From Eukaryota sp. GEM-RC1 (lineage: Eukaryota): a stretch of 64,000 nucleotides of DNA. Shown piece by piece: positions 24,015-35,646 of the stretch. A program made the translations under genes and the position numbers. Under the pieces are notes generated by a model. It had not been told where the DNA came from. It was given only the letters and a program-made list of their open reading frames with translations, and ran no database searches. Location of the stretch: NCBI GenBank assembly GCA_040285855.1, contig JAUFOQ010000017.1:1736001-1800000 (forward strand), read 5' to 3'. Positions within the stretch are counted from its first letter, which is position 1. Each line of letters begins with the position of its first letter.

Positions 24015-24695
24015 ATGGACTTGAGTCAAGCCCTGCAGTGTCTTTCGGGTTCTACTATACTGATACCATCTGTTTCATTAGGATATTCTGGTCTCTGTTG
24101 CACCAATTTACTAGCGAAAGCTCTGCCTGCTGAACTTGTTGATCATGTATACTCTCCTGACCTTGTTCCTTTCTCCAGATACTCCCCAAACAACATGCTT
24201 GAATCCTCTCTCATGTTATACCGACTACGTTCTGACGTATTTCTCTTTGTCCAAAATTCAATGCCTTTGAAAGGAAAACACTCCTCTTTTGCTGAATCCA
24301 TATCTACTTTTGTTACTATCAACCAAATGAAACCCATTGTTCTCGGCTCTCTTGATATCAGTCATCGCCCTGATCCTTCTAGAACAGACAGATTGTTCCA
24401 GCTTTGTGATACATCACGTTGGAATTTAAAACTGCCCGTACTTGATGATTCTGGACGGTTTCCTGGTGGAGGAAACGTTCATCAATTATACAAGGTCTTA
24501 AAGTCTAATCCTGATCATTTGTTTGTCTTTGTGTTGACAGAATCTAGCCCTAGTTTTGAGGATTCTGTGAAGTTAGCTTTGACCTTGAATAATTGTCTTA
24601 AACTTGATTTGAATGAAGAGATATTTAACAGTGTTAAAAATGTAGTGTTTCCTGAAGAAGAGACAGAGATTGCCAGGTCATTGTATTTACTGTAA
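24015..24695 (+). CDS. PSMG2: Proteasome assembly chaperone 2 (PAC2 family)
   Basis: LSGSTILIPSVSLG N-terminal motif, VQNSMP, IVLGSLD, FPGGG; typical length. Confidence 0.75.
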   Translation: MDLSQALQCLSGSTILIPSVSLGYSGLCCTNLLAKALPAELVDHVYSPDLVPFSRYSPNNMLESSLMLYRLRSDVFLFVQNSMPLKGKHSSFAESISTFVTINQMKPIVLGSLDISHRPDPSRTDRLFQLCDTSRWNLKLPVLDDSGRFPGGGNVHQLYKVLKSNPDHLFVFVLTESSPSFEDSVKLALTLNNCLKLDLNEEIFNSVKNVVFPEEETEIARSLYLL

Positions 24696-24832
24696 ATTTG
24701 GTTTATTTTCTTTAAAATACACAAAGGAATTAACAGTCGATGCTGATTTACTGGTTTAAGTAGCCCAATTTTATGTTTATAAACTTGTCTGTACATTATC
24801 AGAGATTTTTAAATTGACACTTTTCTCCCTCT

Positions 24833-26363
24833 ATGTTTCTTATTCTTCTGTACCTCGCTATTTTCCTAGTGATATGGTATACCGTCCTACAACACTACTT
24901 CCGTCGCCTGGTACTACCAAAGCGTGTAGTTGACTCTAATATTCCTTTCCAGTCCTCTTCTTCCGTAGTGCAGAACTGTTTTAACTTGCTTTCGACATAC
25001 TGTCCAGTCATTCCTGTTAATTCACAGAATATTTCAGTTCTCGTAAACCCTACTGACTTTTATGACTCCATTATCTCTCATATTCGCAATGCAAAGCACA
25101 GAATCTTCATCTCTGCTCTATACTTTGGTACAGGGCAATTAGAGCAGACTATCATTACTGAACTGGAGTCTGCTCTCAAGAAGAACCCCAATTTATCAGT
25201 CAACCTTATATTCGACCACCGCCGTCTGCTACGTGGCTTTGGTAAGTCCTCCTCAGGTAGAACCTGCTGTGTTGAACTCTTTAGTGGACTCTTGAAGTCC
25301 AACAACTTCCACCTACACCTCTTCCATGTCCCCTCTTCCCTTTCTTCAGCTCCATCTCCCGTACTGCTGAACTGTTCGGAGTTCTCCACTTAAAGGGCTT
25401 TGTTTTCGACAACCATGTTATTGTTTCAGGAGCTAATCTTTCTGACGACTATCTAAGTGGTCCTGAGTCTGGCAAACAAGACCGTTACTTCCTCTTTAAG
25501 GATTCCCCCAACCTCTGCCACTGGTTTGTCTCTTTGATGGACATTGTTTCCCCTTTCTGTTTCCAAAGCTCTCTGCAACGACATTGGCTCTCTTCCTCTT
25601 GTTGTCCCTCCTCCACTACACCCTGTACGTAACCCTTGGAAGTACAAGAAGTCTCTTGGTAAAGCACTTACTTCTCTCATCACCACTTTCCAAACCTCCT
25701 CCCCCTCTCCCTCTGATACCGTCGTTCTACCCACCGTCCAAGCTGGTTTCTCTCGTCTTGGTCATGAGTCGGGAGTTCTACAAGGTCTTTTCTCTGCCAT
25801 TGACTCCTCTTCCCCCTCTTCATCTACACAGTCCAACGACGACTACATCACTTCCCTCTCCATCAGTACCCCCTACTTGAACTTCCCTCGTCCCTTAGCC
25901 AGACAGATCACCAAGATCTCCCATAATCCCTTCATAAACCTTTTCTCTTATTGGAGCTTCTCCCAAGGCCAACTCTTTCTATGGAGCCAAGGGAATCTCT
26001 GGATATGCTCCCATTGCTTATGTTTATGTCATGATGAAACTGCTGAAAAAGCTGTCTTCAAGGGTAGCTGTTTTCCTTTACGTTAGACCTAACTGGAGAT
26101 ATCATGGAAAGTCAATCTTTTGCTTTCATCAGGATTGTGGAATAAGTGTGATTGGATCTTCTAATTACTCAATGAGGTCTAGAAAGAGAGATTTAGAGTG
26201 TTCTTTGGTTTTGTTTAGTAATAATTCCGAAGTGCTTGAAATGATGCGTATGGATGAGGCGAATTTATTAAAATATGCTGAGAAAATGGATTCTACTGAG
26301 AAGTTTTTGAAGTGTCCATTGTGGGTAAAGACTCTTGTAAACACCATGGGTTCTGTTTTGTAA
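24833..26363 (+). CDS. PGS1: PLD-superfamily phosphatidylglycerophosphate synthase (PGS1-type), three apparent frame breaks
   Basis: PTDFY..I..AKHRIFISALYFG, HLKGFVFD..VIVSGANLSDDY, QDRY, STPYLNFP, ASPKANSFYGAKG, WRYHGK, IGSSNYSMRSRKRDLE across shifting frames. Confidence 0.85.
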
Positions 26364-26685
26364 ATTAAGTTGTAAGTGTATTGGCAATGATATTTTTGTT
26401 TGATGTGGTTTCTCATAAAACAAGTTGATAATTATTGTTCGAGTTCTTATTCTCCCAATATGACCCGGAATCGGACTGGTCACACTGGAGGGTGGGTTGT
26501 ATTGCATTTCGCAATACTTGAGAGGCACTACTACTGCTACATGTAGTATCTGAGAAGAGCAGACTCAACTAAAAAAAACGGGGTTTTTGAATCTACAGTA
26601 GATACAGAAGAAAATTCAACTTAATTCTAAATCTAGTCTTCAAGAAGAAATCCTATTACATGACCTTCTATTCTACGTTTCATCC

Positions 26686-27900
26686 ATGAACTCACAGACA
26701 CGATCTAAACTACGTAAGAGAATCTATCATTGGCTTCAAGATCCTGATTCCTATATGAAATCACTGATGGACGACAACTTCTCTGTACCCATTTCAGACC
26801 TTGTGAACTTCCCTTCTATACTTGCAAAAAGGTGTCATCAAATGACTTGTTCGCAGTTTTATCAACCAGTGACACTTTTGTTGTGGACGCGGAACGAAAT
26901 ACCGCCAGATTGGCTACAGATGAGGACAAGTCTTCGCATGTCCCTATTTCTTCCTCATGTACAACTACTCCATTGTATGATAACATCGTGATGTTTGATT
27001 TTGAAGGAAATGCTTTAGCCAGGATCAGTTCTAAAAAAGCAGATTTCTATCTAGCCAGAAACATTGCGCGACCAGTCAAAGTCATTCATACTCTCGAACT
27101 CAAAGCAATTCAGCTTTTAATTAAACCATTGGGACATGACACTCTAGATACACATGGATTGTACGTTATAGGTCCACAGGAGGAAATTTGCGTGGTCTGT
27201 GGATGTACAGACAACATTACACACCATCATTTGGTACCCTTTTGTTATCGCAAGTTCTTCCCTCATGCTTCCAAAGTGAACCAATCATTTGATGTTGTTT
27301 TGCTCTGTTCTCATTGCCATGAGTCGTATGAACAGGTTGCTGACCTTGAAAAAGATTCCATCGCTGATGAGTTCCAATGTCCCTTGTTTAGAACTGACGA
27401 TCCACGAGTTTCCTACATTCGAAGTGTCAGAACTGCTGCCTTAGCTTTACTGGAAACCAAATGCGATGATTCCCACTGCTCGAAGGAAAGAATTGACCCA
27501 GCTTTGTGAAGAATATCTCATTCGCACTTCAAGTTCTGAAACTCTTGCTGATGCCCTTCCACAACTTACTTCCCTGGCTTTTCTCAAGCAGAGGTCCAAT
27601 ATACATCCACATGGCAAATGTGTTATGGATAAAATGTTGACTACAGATTTGTCTTTCCAAATGGATAGTTCTACTGAAAAAACCGATGTGTTGTCAGAAT
27701 CAGAACTGCTGAAATTGGACTATATGTACGATTTAGAAGAACTGTCTCAGCTTAGTACCAGACATTGGCAAGCCAGGTTTGATTTATCAGAATTTCCCCT
27801 TTTGAAAAGCTTTATTGTACGGTGGCGAAGTCACTTTGTTGAAACAATGAGTCCGAAATTTCTTCCTGAAGGTTGGTCTATTGATAGTGGCATGAAGTGA
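26686..27900 (+). CDS. La-motif-like N-terminus fused to an EXD2-type C-terminal HNH-like domain, two apparent frame breaks
   Basis: DSYMKSLMD..FSVPISDLVNFPSI (La-like); LYDNIVMFD.EG, KKADFYL, CVVCG, HHLVPFCYRKFFP, DVVLLCSHCH, IPTARRKEL, RWRSHFVETMSPKFLP.GWS (EXD2 C-terminal signature). Confidence 0.75.
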
Positions 27901-27926
27901 CGTCTCTTTATTAATCACACTGTCAA

Positions 27927-28087
27927 TCAGATTCCTTCTCCCATAAAGCATTCTTCTGTTTCTTTAGACTTTCTTTTTAATTGACGTTTTTCTTTAATTT
28001 TATCCATGTTAAGATACAACGCTCCTGATATTCCAATAGTGCCAAAGCGATTGCAACGGTTGTTATCACTTTCTGGTTTACTTTCAT
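27927..28087 (-). CDS. Possible ~53-aa signal-anchored microprotein (not in ORF track; needs one added base)
   Basis: ATG at 28087 gives MKVNQKVITTVAIA(F)GTIGISGALYLNMDKIKEKRQLKRK...EGI* if one T is restored in a T run. Confidence 0.35.
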
Positions 28088-28244
28088 TTGAGGGATAAAT
28101 TATAGGACGGCAAAAATTGTCAAGTTAGTAGGTGTCATAAACTTGTGCCAGTTCACACATTGACATATGAGAATTTCACTTGTTGTTCTTGTACATAACC
28201 TGACGGCAATATTGAACTAAAAACGAACTGGAACCTTTATAATA

Positions 28245-28454
28245 ATGTTTTCGTCCGCTACCCAAGCCTTTGATGGCCTTCTTGAAAAACGCAAGGAACA
28301 GAACCTAAAGAATCGAGCAGAGCTAATAGAGGTTGAACTCAGTGAACTAGAATCCTTGCAACCACATAGGTCAGTCTACATCCAACGAGGAGGGATCTTC
28401 TTCAAGACTTCCTTGCCAAAAGCAAAGCAGTTTGTGAGTTCTAGTCATAAATAA
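28245..28454 (+). CDS. Small beta-prefoldin-like protein (ASDURF-like)
   Basis: ELSELESLQPHRSVYIQRGGIFFK helix-hairpin-helix pattern typical of beta-prefoldins/ASDURF. Confidence 0.5.
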   Translation: MFSSATQAFDGLLEKRKEQNLKNRAELIEVELSELESLQPHRSVYIQRGGIFFKTSLPKAKQFVSSSHK

Positions 28455-28495
28455 ACGTTTCAAATGTTTCGATATATTACAAACAATAAGGAGAA

Positions 28496-28732
28496 TCAAC
28501 TCTCCTCAAGATGAGACTCCTCAGAAGAGTCTGATTCATCACTATCACACGATGAGGAAGATGTGCCAAAGTCCAGGTTAATAGCGTGTGGAAGAAGGTT
28601 ACTGTACTTCAGAAGAAGTGGATTGGAAGGATCTTCTGACAGTAATTCGGACAGAATCTCTGATGCAGACACAAAGTCCTTTTGAAGTATGAGTTCAAGG
28701 AAAGCTGCTAATTTTCCAGTAGATGTAGACAT
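28496..28732 (-). CDS. Small helical protein with acidic tail (ERICH2-like pattern)
   Basis: FLELILQKDF..A..L..LL..DPSN helical hairpin followed by an S/D/E-rich tail. Confidence 0.45.
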   Translation of the reverse strand: MSTSTGKLAAFLELILQKDFVSASEILSELLSEDPSNPLLLKYSNLLPHAINLDFGTSSSSCDSDESDSSEESHLEES

Positions 28733-28796
28733 TAGATGTCAAGTTGAAAACTTCAACCAGTTAAAGACTGTTAAGGAGTTTAGTTCTACAAATCTA

Positions 28797-31323
28797 TCGT
28801 CGAGGTCCCAATACAAGCAACCTTAAATACTATACAAGCATATCCTTTAATATGCTTGTATCGGAACCTGCTTGTATTGGGGTCTTTTAAGTCTCTCTTT
28901 GTAAAAATCAAAGAATATTCATGAGGAAAGCGCCAACATTGTATTTAAAAATATATAGTGCCATCCAGTAAACCTTGAGTTTATTTACAACAATAAATTA
29001 ATACATACTAATCCAGAAAATAACAAACCAAATCCGGTACCCAATAAGGTAACCTTACTAGAAAAGGATGAAATTGTAAAAACAAACAAATAATACTAAG
29101 ATTAAATCCAAACGACTTCATCACCACCCGGTAAAAGATTACGTAATTCAACCTTAACCTTCACACCAAACTTGTACAATTTGTCAATTAATCGAGAGAA
29201 ATAGAAAGGTATATTCCGATATATGGAAAACACTATACGGTTTTTCCATTCAGCCATTCTAAACTTACGCTTCTTGTCTTTACACAATTCTTCGAAATCC
29301 TTGAAAAATTGATCACCAGCAGGACTAATAGATCCAAAAAGAGAAACAGCAAAAGGTTGAAACACAAATTTGGAATATGAGTTTCTATTTAATTCTTCTA
29401 CTTGAGAGTCATACTTGGAGTGTTTGAGCTTTTCAGCAGCTGTTAACGGATTAAAAGAAGGATCTAATATCCTACTAACACAAGATTTGTTACAAACATC
29501 TACTGTAGTAAAATCCATTAATGATTGACTCGATTTAAGCCACGGAGTATGTAGATCCCCTCTTTTTTGATCAGTAAATTCATTTTCTGAAAGATGATTC
29601 AAAACTGGTTCAACTTTAGAGTGAAAACCATGTGCTTTAAACATGGAATAACAAGAATCAGGTACACCATCATGAATTACTGCACGTAGATGAATAAAAT
29701 AACGACAATTAATTCAAGGACGAAAAACACCATTAGCTCCACAAGAGCAAGTTGAATAGTTTAATAAATTTACAAGCCAAATAGCCAAACGAAGACGCAT
29801 ATTGATCATCCAAGCTTCATCAGATAGATGTAATCCATATACCTTTGGAATTTGAGAAATAAATGCAGAAGGTCCACTATTACAAAGGTATATTAAAAAA
29901 GCAGCGAACTCGGGACTATTTGTTTTAGCCAAGCAAATACGATTATTAAAGTCCAAGAGTTCAAACTCATTTGTCAATTTATTTTGCAGTTTACAGACAG
30001 CAGACGGTAGAGAAGAAATATTTTTTAGAGGAGTTTCCGTCTAACGAGCAGGGAACAAAGATTCCCACATTTCAGGAGACAATGATGATACCAAATCTTT
30101 AGCAGATTGAATACAACGACAATTACTGGAATTCAACAGATTGATTCCGTCCAACAAAAACCGTTTCAAAAGTTCAAACATAAAATTCTTACTACCTCCT
30201 ACAAGAGCAGATTTTCTAATGATTTTTGTATGGGTGAAACCTACCCCTGCGAATTCAGAAGAATAAAAAGCATGCATTGGAATCTTAGTCTCATCAATTT
30301 CAGCCAAGTTAGAGAGAAAATTTGTTCTAATAGAACTAAATTTCTTGGCAAATGTTTCAGTAAAGGAATAGTCTAATGAACGTAAAAAATGATTGATTTT
30401 CTCGGCAAAACAGACCTGAAGCATAGCAAAAGAAACATGTTTACTCACATCTAAAGATAATATTTGATTTAGTTTTTCTTCAATGGAAGTCAATGAACCC
30501 CCCAATTCTGAATGAATTTTCTCATAATTTCCCAAAAATGTGCCAAGAAAACGAAAACATTGAGTAGAATAATCGATGATAGGATCATTACAAAAACCAA
30601 GATTAGAAACATTCGAAGACTTAACAACAAGAAAACACTTATCAAAATTAATTGTTAAACCAATACTCAAAGAAAGTTCAATGAAACGTAATCCCGAAAA
30701 TGAAAGAAGTTAAATTCTCCACGTCAACACGAGAATTATCCCTTCACAACTTCGAATAAATGGAACACAAAAACTTGGGAATGGTTCTATAAAGAGCCAA
30801 CATAATTCGATTAATCCATACAGCACTATTAAACACCTTGCCATCAGAACGACATAAAAGACTAAAATCACAATGCCATCCAGTTATCTTTTTTCAAGTT
30901 ATCTTAAAGATACCCTAGTCAATCATGAACATTTGAAGCGAAGCAAAATACGAACCAATCAATAATTTGTTTGATTAACAAATTAATTATGACCACCGTG
31001 AACTCAAACCCTTCCCTGAGAGTTCTGTCTGTGGAACAAATATAATTACCGTAAAAATTGAGAAACTTCATTTTATGATTGTTTCCTGGAACGCTAGTTT
31101 ATTTTGCATTACCTGACTTGTCTGTCAGGTCTTCCAGTCTTCTTCTAATGATTTCTTGTTATAATGATGACTAAGCTCGTTCATGAAACTAGAAACTGAA
31201 AGCTATGTACAATTCCAATCGGTTTTGTATCAAAACTAGTAATAGTTTAATCAAATATGTAAGGCAACTAAGTGAAACAATACCAGCATACACTCTACTA
31301 TGCTTCTATTAGGACCTCGACAA
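28797..31323. mobile_element. Tc1/mariner (pogo-like) non-autonomous element, copy 1, interrupted by nested retrotransposons
   Basis: TA-TCGTCGAGGTCCCAATACAAGCA left end and TGCTTCTATTAGGACCTCGAC right end; collinear with 32323-32932 once 28970-30884 is removed. Confidence 0.8.
29022..30688 (-). mobile_element. 5'-truncated CRE-like family B copy with stops, nested in a family C fragment
   Basis: High nucleotide similarity to ~21425-23080; TSD TAATCC(A/C)GAAAAT at 29009-29021 and 30689-30701. Confidence 0.92.
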
Positions 31324-31599
31324 TCATTGAAACAATGCGCGGAATCCTGTATGTTATTAATTCGATTATATTCTACATTAATTTGGAGAAACACAAAAAA
31401 TGTGAAGCATCAGTAGCGGTCTACTAGTATGTCATAATTGATAGCAACTCACTGAATTAGAATAGAAATGAATACTATTAATAGTGGTAAGTGAATAATA
31501 TAAAGAATACAACATTAAACTGATACAACCAAAAACAATAACGTTCTAGAATTTACAGGAAACTAGTCCGATAAGATAAAAGGTCGAAATGTAAAAGAA

Positions 31600-32092
31600 T
31601 CACAGAGAAACGATGAAGACCTGAACATTAGAGGGAAGCGTATTGCTCCAGGAGGTAAGAGCAGCTAGATAATCAGTCCAATCTCCTCCTGCGAGACCGC
31701 AACCAATGTTCTTGGGAAAGCCAACCCTAAGCAGTTCCCCCCTGTGCAGATAGCTCTTGCAAAACTGGGAGTAGCTTGACTAAACCTGTTTGAAAATAGC
31801 GAAGTCTTTCTTGTTTCTCTTTCACTGATCTTGAACGTCCTAGAGTGGTTTGTCCGTTAATTCCAACAACAATGGGGTTGTGGGGGTGTCCTCTCGGTTT
31901 TCGAACAAGAATAGCTCCAGGTTCTGTGGTTGCTGAGGCTTCTCTGTAAACATTGGAATAAGGGAACCTGTCAAACAAGACCTTTGCAAGGCCTTTGGCT
32001 TTGTTGACTCCTCGCAGAACAGTGTTAGTTTGATGTACGATAACATCCAGATTCTGTTCTGTTATGTCCCCAGTAATATGAAGAAGAGTCAT
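31600..32092 (-). CDS. Macrodomain ADP-ribose hydrolase, TARG1/DarG/Poa1-like class; one frame break in a G6 run (~31740)
   Basis: GDIT...IVHQTN...AKGLAK.LF.RFP; after removing one G the frame continues VGFPKNIGCGLAGGDW.DY...VFIVSL*. Confidence 0.85.
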
Positions 32093-32322
32093 TTTAAAAA
32101 ATTAATTGGGATTTTGCCAACTTCCATCAATTTCAAAACACAAATACATTCATAATCTCTCCTTGTTACTGCCTAAAGACATAAATGAGCATCACAGAGC
32201 TCCAGGTTTTCCATGATCTAGATGATATCAAACAGAAGCTAAGACCCAATTTACTAGTAATTCAATCAGAACCCAGACTTAGATTTTCTCAATTAGAGAA
32301 AATTGATTAATTGATGCAAATA

Positions 32323-32932
32323 TCGTCGGGGCCCCAATACAAGCAACCTTAAATACTATACAAGCATGTCCTTTACTATGCTTGTATTGGAATCCTGCTT
32401 TTATTAGGGTCCCTTAAATCTCCCTTTGTATAATCAAATATGAATAATGACAAGATCACTAACATTGAAATGGATACTTAACAACGTCAAACAGTTATCT
32501 TTAAAATATACTGATCAGTCCTGACAGACAGGTAGATCAATCGAACTAAAATAAACATCAAAATATGACACGTCTACAATTTCTTGGTCAAACAAGATTT
32601 TTGTTAATCTCGTAAATTATTGACCACCGTTAAATCAAATATAAGTGCCATATAAATTGAGCAACTTCATTGATTCATTGTTTCCTAGATGTATAGTTGT
32701 TCTTACGTTACAGACTTGTCCATCATTTGTTCCAGTCTTTTTACAAATTATAATGGCTAAGGGCTTTTGAAACTACATGTAGTAAATGAAATCTATGAAT
32801 AATTCCAATATGACTCTGTGCTCTCTTATATACATATATAGAGATCAGTAGTTTCTCAAAGAAATCAGTGTGTTTATTTTGTGAAACAATACAAGCATAC
32901 CCTCTACCATGGTTGTATTAGGACCTCCACGG
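32323..32932. mobile_element. Tc1/mariner (pogo-like) MITE, copy 2, uninterrupted
   Basis: TA dinucleotide on both sides, imperfect TIR (T/C)CGT(C/G)G(G/A)GG(C/T)CC(C/T)AATACAA, internal ATACAAGCA repeats. Confidence 0.82.
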
Positions 32933-33174
32933 TATATCTTGTTTAATTGTGACAGTACTGAACTGAGGAAAGACTGTGTTTTGTTCAGACCTTGTTCAAT
33001 TTAGAATGTAGTCATTATATTGAAATTCTTACTATGATTGAATGAGCAAGTCTGAGTCGCTTTGGGAAAGTACTCTTTTCTATTAAATAAATGTCTGAAG
33101 AATATCATGTATAAATGATGCAGATTATGCCGTAAATACAGTGTTCAATTTTTACATCATGAAAAGAGATTGTT

Positions 33175-35616
33175 TTATAAATACTTTACACTTAGGTCAG
33201 ACAGAAGATCGAAACGATTTTCTAAATCAATCAACAAAACATGATTGTCAATCTCCCATTTAAACCAATCAATACCATTTACAACTACCTTAGTAACTGA
33301 ACCTACAGCAGAGATTCTAAGAAGATTAAGAGTGAATTTCTGACCTAAATCATCACCGACTTTAGAGCTCAAAGTGATTGATTGATCTCTGACGTGACAA
33401 CTAATTGTAGCAGGAGTAGCGCCTATCGATTTCCCATCATCCATTAACAAAACCCCTTCAGCACCACCTTCCTCATTAAGACCAACAAACAGATTCACTT
33501 TTCCCTCATCCAAACTCTTTTCAGGTTCTCTCCCAAAACAGACTCTAACGAGAAAACAACTGACCCTCCCTGTTGATACAAAACACTCTTTCCCAAGGAG
33601 CAGTAAGGGATAACACTCCATTGGGAACAGAAACTCCAGTAAAGAAGTCGAACCAAAGAGAAGTCTCAGGAAGGTAGAGCTCGTGCTGATTGACACCTTC
33701 CTTAACGACAGGGGCAGCTAGTAACTGACTGCCAATCATAATTTGATGATCAAATACATAGCTAGTCCCATCATTTGGAAAATGAAAGAACATGGGTTCC
33801 ACTACTGTTCCTTTACTAGTAGAAGCTGAGATAAACCTCGAATAGAAATGTAAGGTGAGCATGTAGCGTTGTTGAATAAATCTAGCCATATGTTCTCTTA
33901 AAAATTTAAATTTTGAGGGATGTTGATCAGGAAAACCTTCAGCATTATGATTTCTAGCAAATGGAAACACAACACTTGCTGCTGACCATCTTGCCATAAG
34001 TTCTTCGTTAGGAGATTCCAGAAAACCTCCAACATCAGGACCAACCATTGGAAGAGAAAACATATTGTAGTTAAGAATACCTGGAATTGATGACATTAAA
34101 TCCTCAAAAGAAGCAGAATTGTCTCCAAGCCAAGTGCTTGTATACCTACCGCTTCCAGCAAAGCTACTTCTAGTAACTAACAAACTCTTTCTGTTTAAAA
34201 GTGAATCTAAAACATTACGAGTAACTTTAGCTTCATAGAAGGAGTACAATTGGTGAGTGTTATAGAATCTTTCATTAAAAGAGCGGCAACCAGTGTCTAC
34301 GGTTTTGGAATTTAATTCTGATTCACCGAAAAGGAAGGTTTCCATGGAGGATTATTCCAATCAAAATCAATCACGGGATGATCTTCAGTAACGAAAGAGG
34401 CGGGTTCATTCATATCAATCCACAACCCATCAAAATCAAATGATTGCAGAAAAGAACTCAGCATCGACCTCCAATACGGAAGAGCATTTGGGTGAGAAAA
34501 GTCTGGGAAAATCGTGCGACCTGGCCAAACTGTTCCTTCTTGAGGCTGGGAAGAGTTTCGTTGGGTCAGAAAAGCCTTGGATTTTAATAATTCAGAATAT
34601 CCAAAATATTTGGAATCAATTGGAATGCCAGGATCAACAATTGGAATAATAGAAACGCCTCTAGATTTTAAAATTTTGATAAATTTTGATAATTTCTTGA
34701 GAGGATATCGATCTGGATCTACTGTAAAGTCATAGTACTTCTGCATATAATCAATATCAAAAAACAAAACATCAAGAGGAATCTGATCCCTATCATAATC
34801 ATCAACGACTCCAATCACGTCATCAATTGTCTTCCATCCCCATCTTGCCTGCATCCATCCCAATGCAAAGATTGGAATAGCTACAGGACTTCCAACGACT
34901 TCTTGATGCTGATTGATGACGTCACTTGGGGAAGGTCCACTGTAGAGAAAGAGATCAATAATACCACCACTTGATCTAAAAACAAAAGAATCTAATGTCA
35001 GCTCAACCTCCATTGCGTTAGAGTTGAGGAAGAAGAACCCACGTGATGAGTGGAAGGGAGCAGAAGCTAGGAGAAGAGGGTGAGTGGAGTAAGCAGGACG
35101 TTGAGGGGGGAGACCAGGTTCATCTCTGTTCCAGAACCCGTACTTTTCAGATCGTTTTAGGAAGAGAGGATGTTTGCGGTAGCCTAGGCCAGTGATGACG
35201 AGAGCTGGAGGGAGAGAACCGGTCAGTTCTAGGTAGTGTTCTGTCATCAAAAGAGAGGAATTGAAGGAGAAGAGTTCTTCCTGGTGTCTGTGGACAGAGA
35301 AGGCGAAGGGATAGTTTACTCGGGGCAATGTTACATGAAGATCATGTGCTGGAGCTGGACTACTAGGTTGGACAACATCAGGAACAATCCAACGATCTAC
35401 CGATGACCTAACAGTGAACCGAAGATTGGAGGCAGAATGACATGAAAGAGAAGCAAAGAGGGTCTGTTCAAGTGGTTCTCCATGAATAGTAGAAGGATGC
35501 GATAGTGACAGCACAGCATTGAACCCACATGAAGTTGGAGATACCGATCGAACAATGTAACGTGGCAAAGCGTTTACAATGAGAAGAAGAGACACAAATA
35601 CCAAGGTATGAAACAT
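33175..35616 (-). CDS. Glycoside hydrolase family 31 (lysosomal-type alpha-glucosidase), about three apparent frame breaks
   Basis: Signal peptide; DIDYM, IVDPG, VWPG..FPDF, catalytic GLWIDMNEP, WLGDN, GPDVGGF, FARNHN, (YQQ)GGSVV, DDG. Confidence 0.92.
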
Positions 35617-35646
35617 TGATCAAAGTATTTGCCTGCACATTTTCAT

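Noticed and set aside
30689..30873. Template-switch chimera between retro families B and C
   Set aside because: The rest of the family C 3' end is at ~28977-29021 and a 13-bp TSD flanks family B, so nested insertion explains it.
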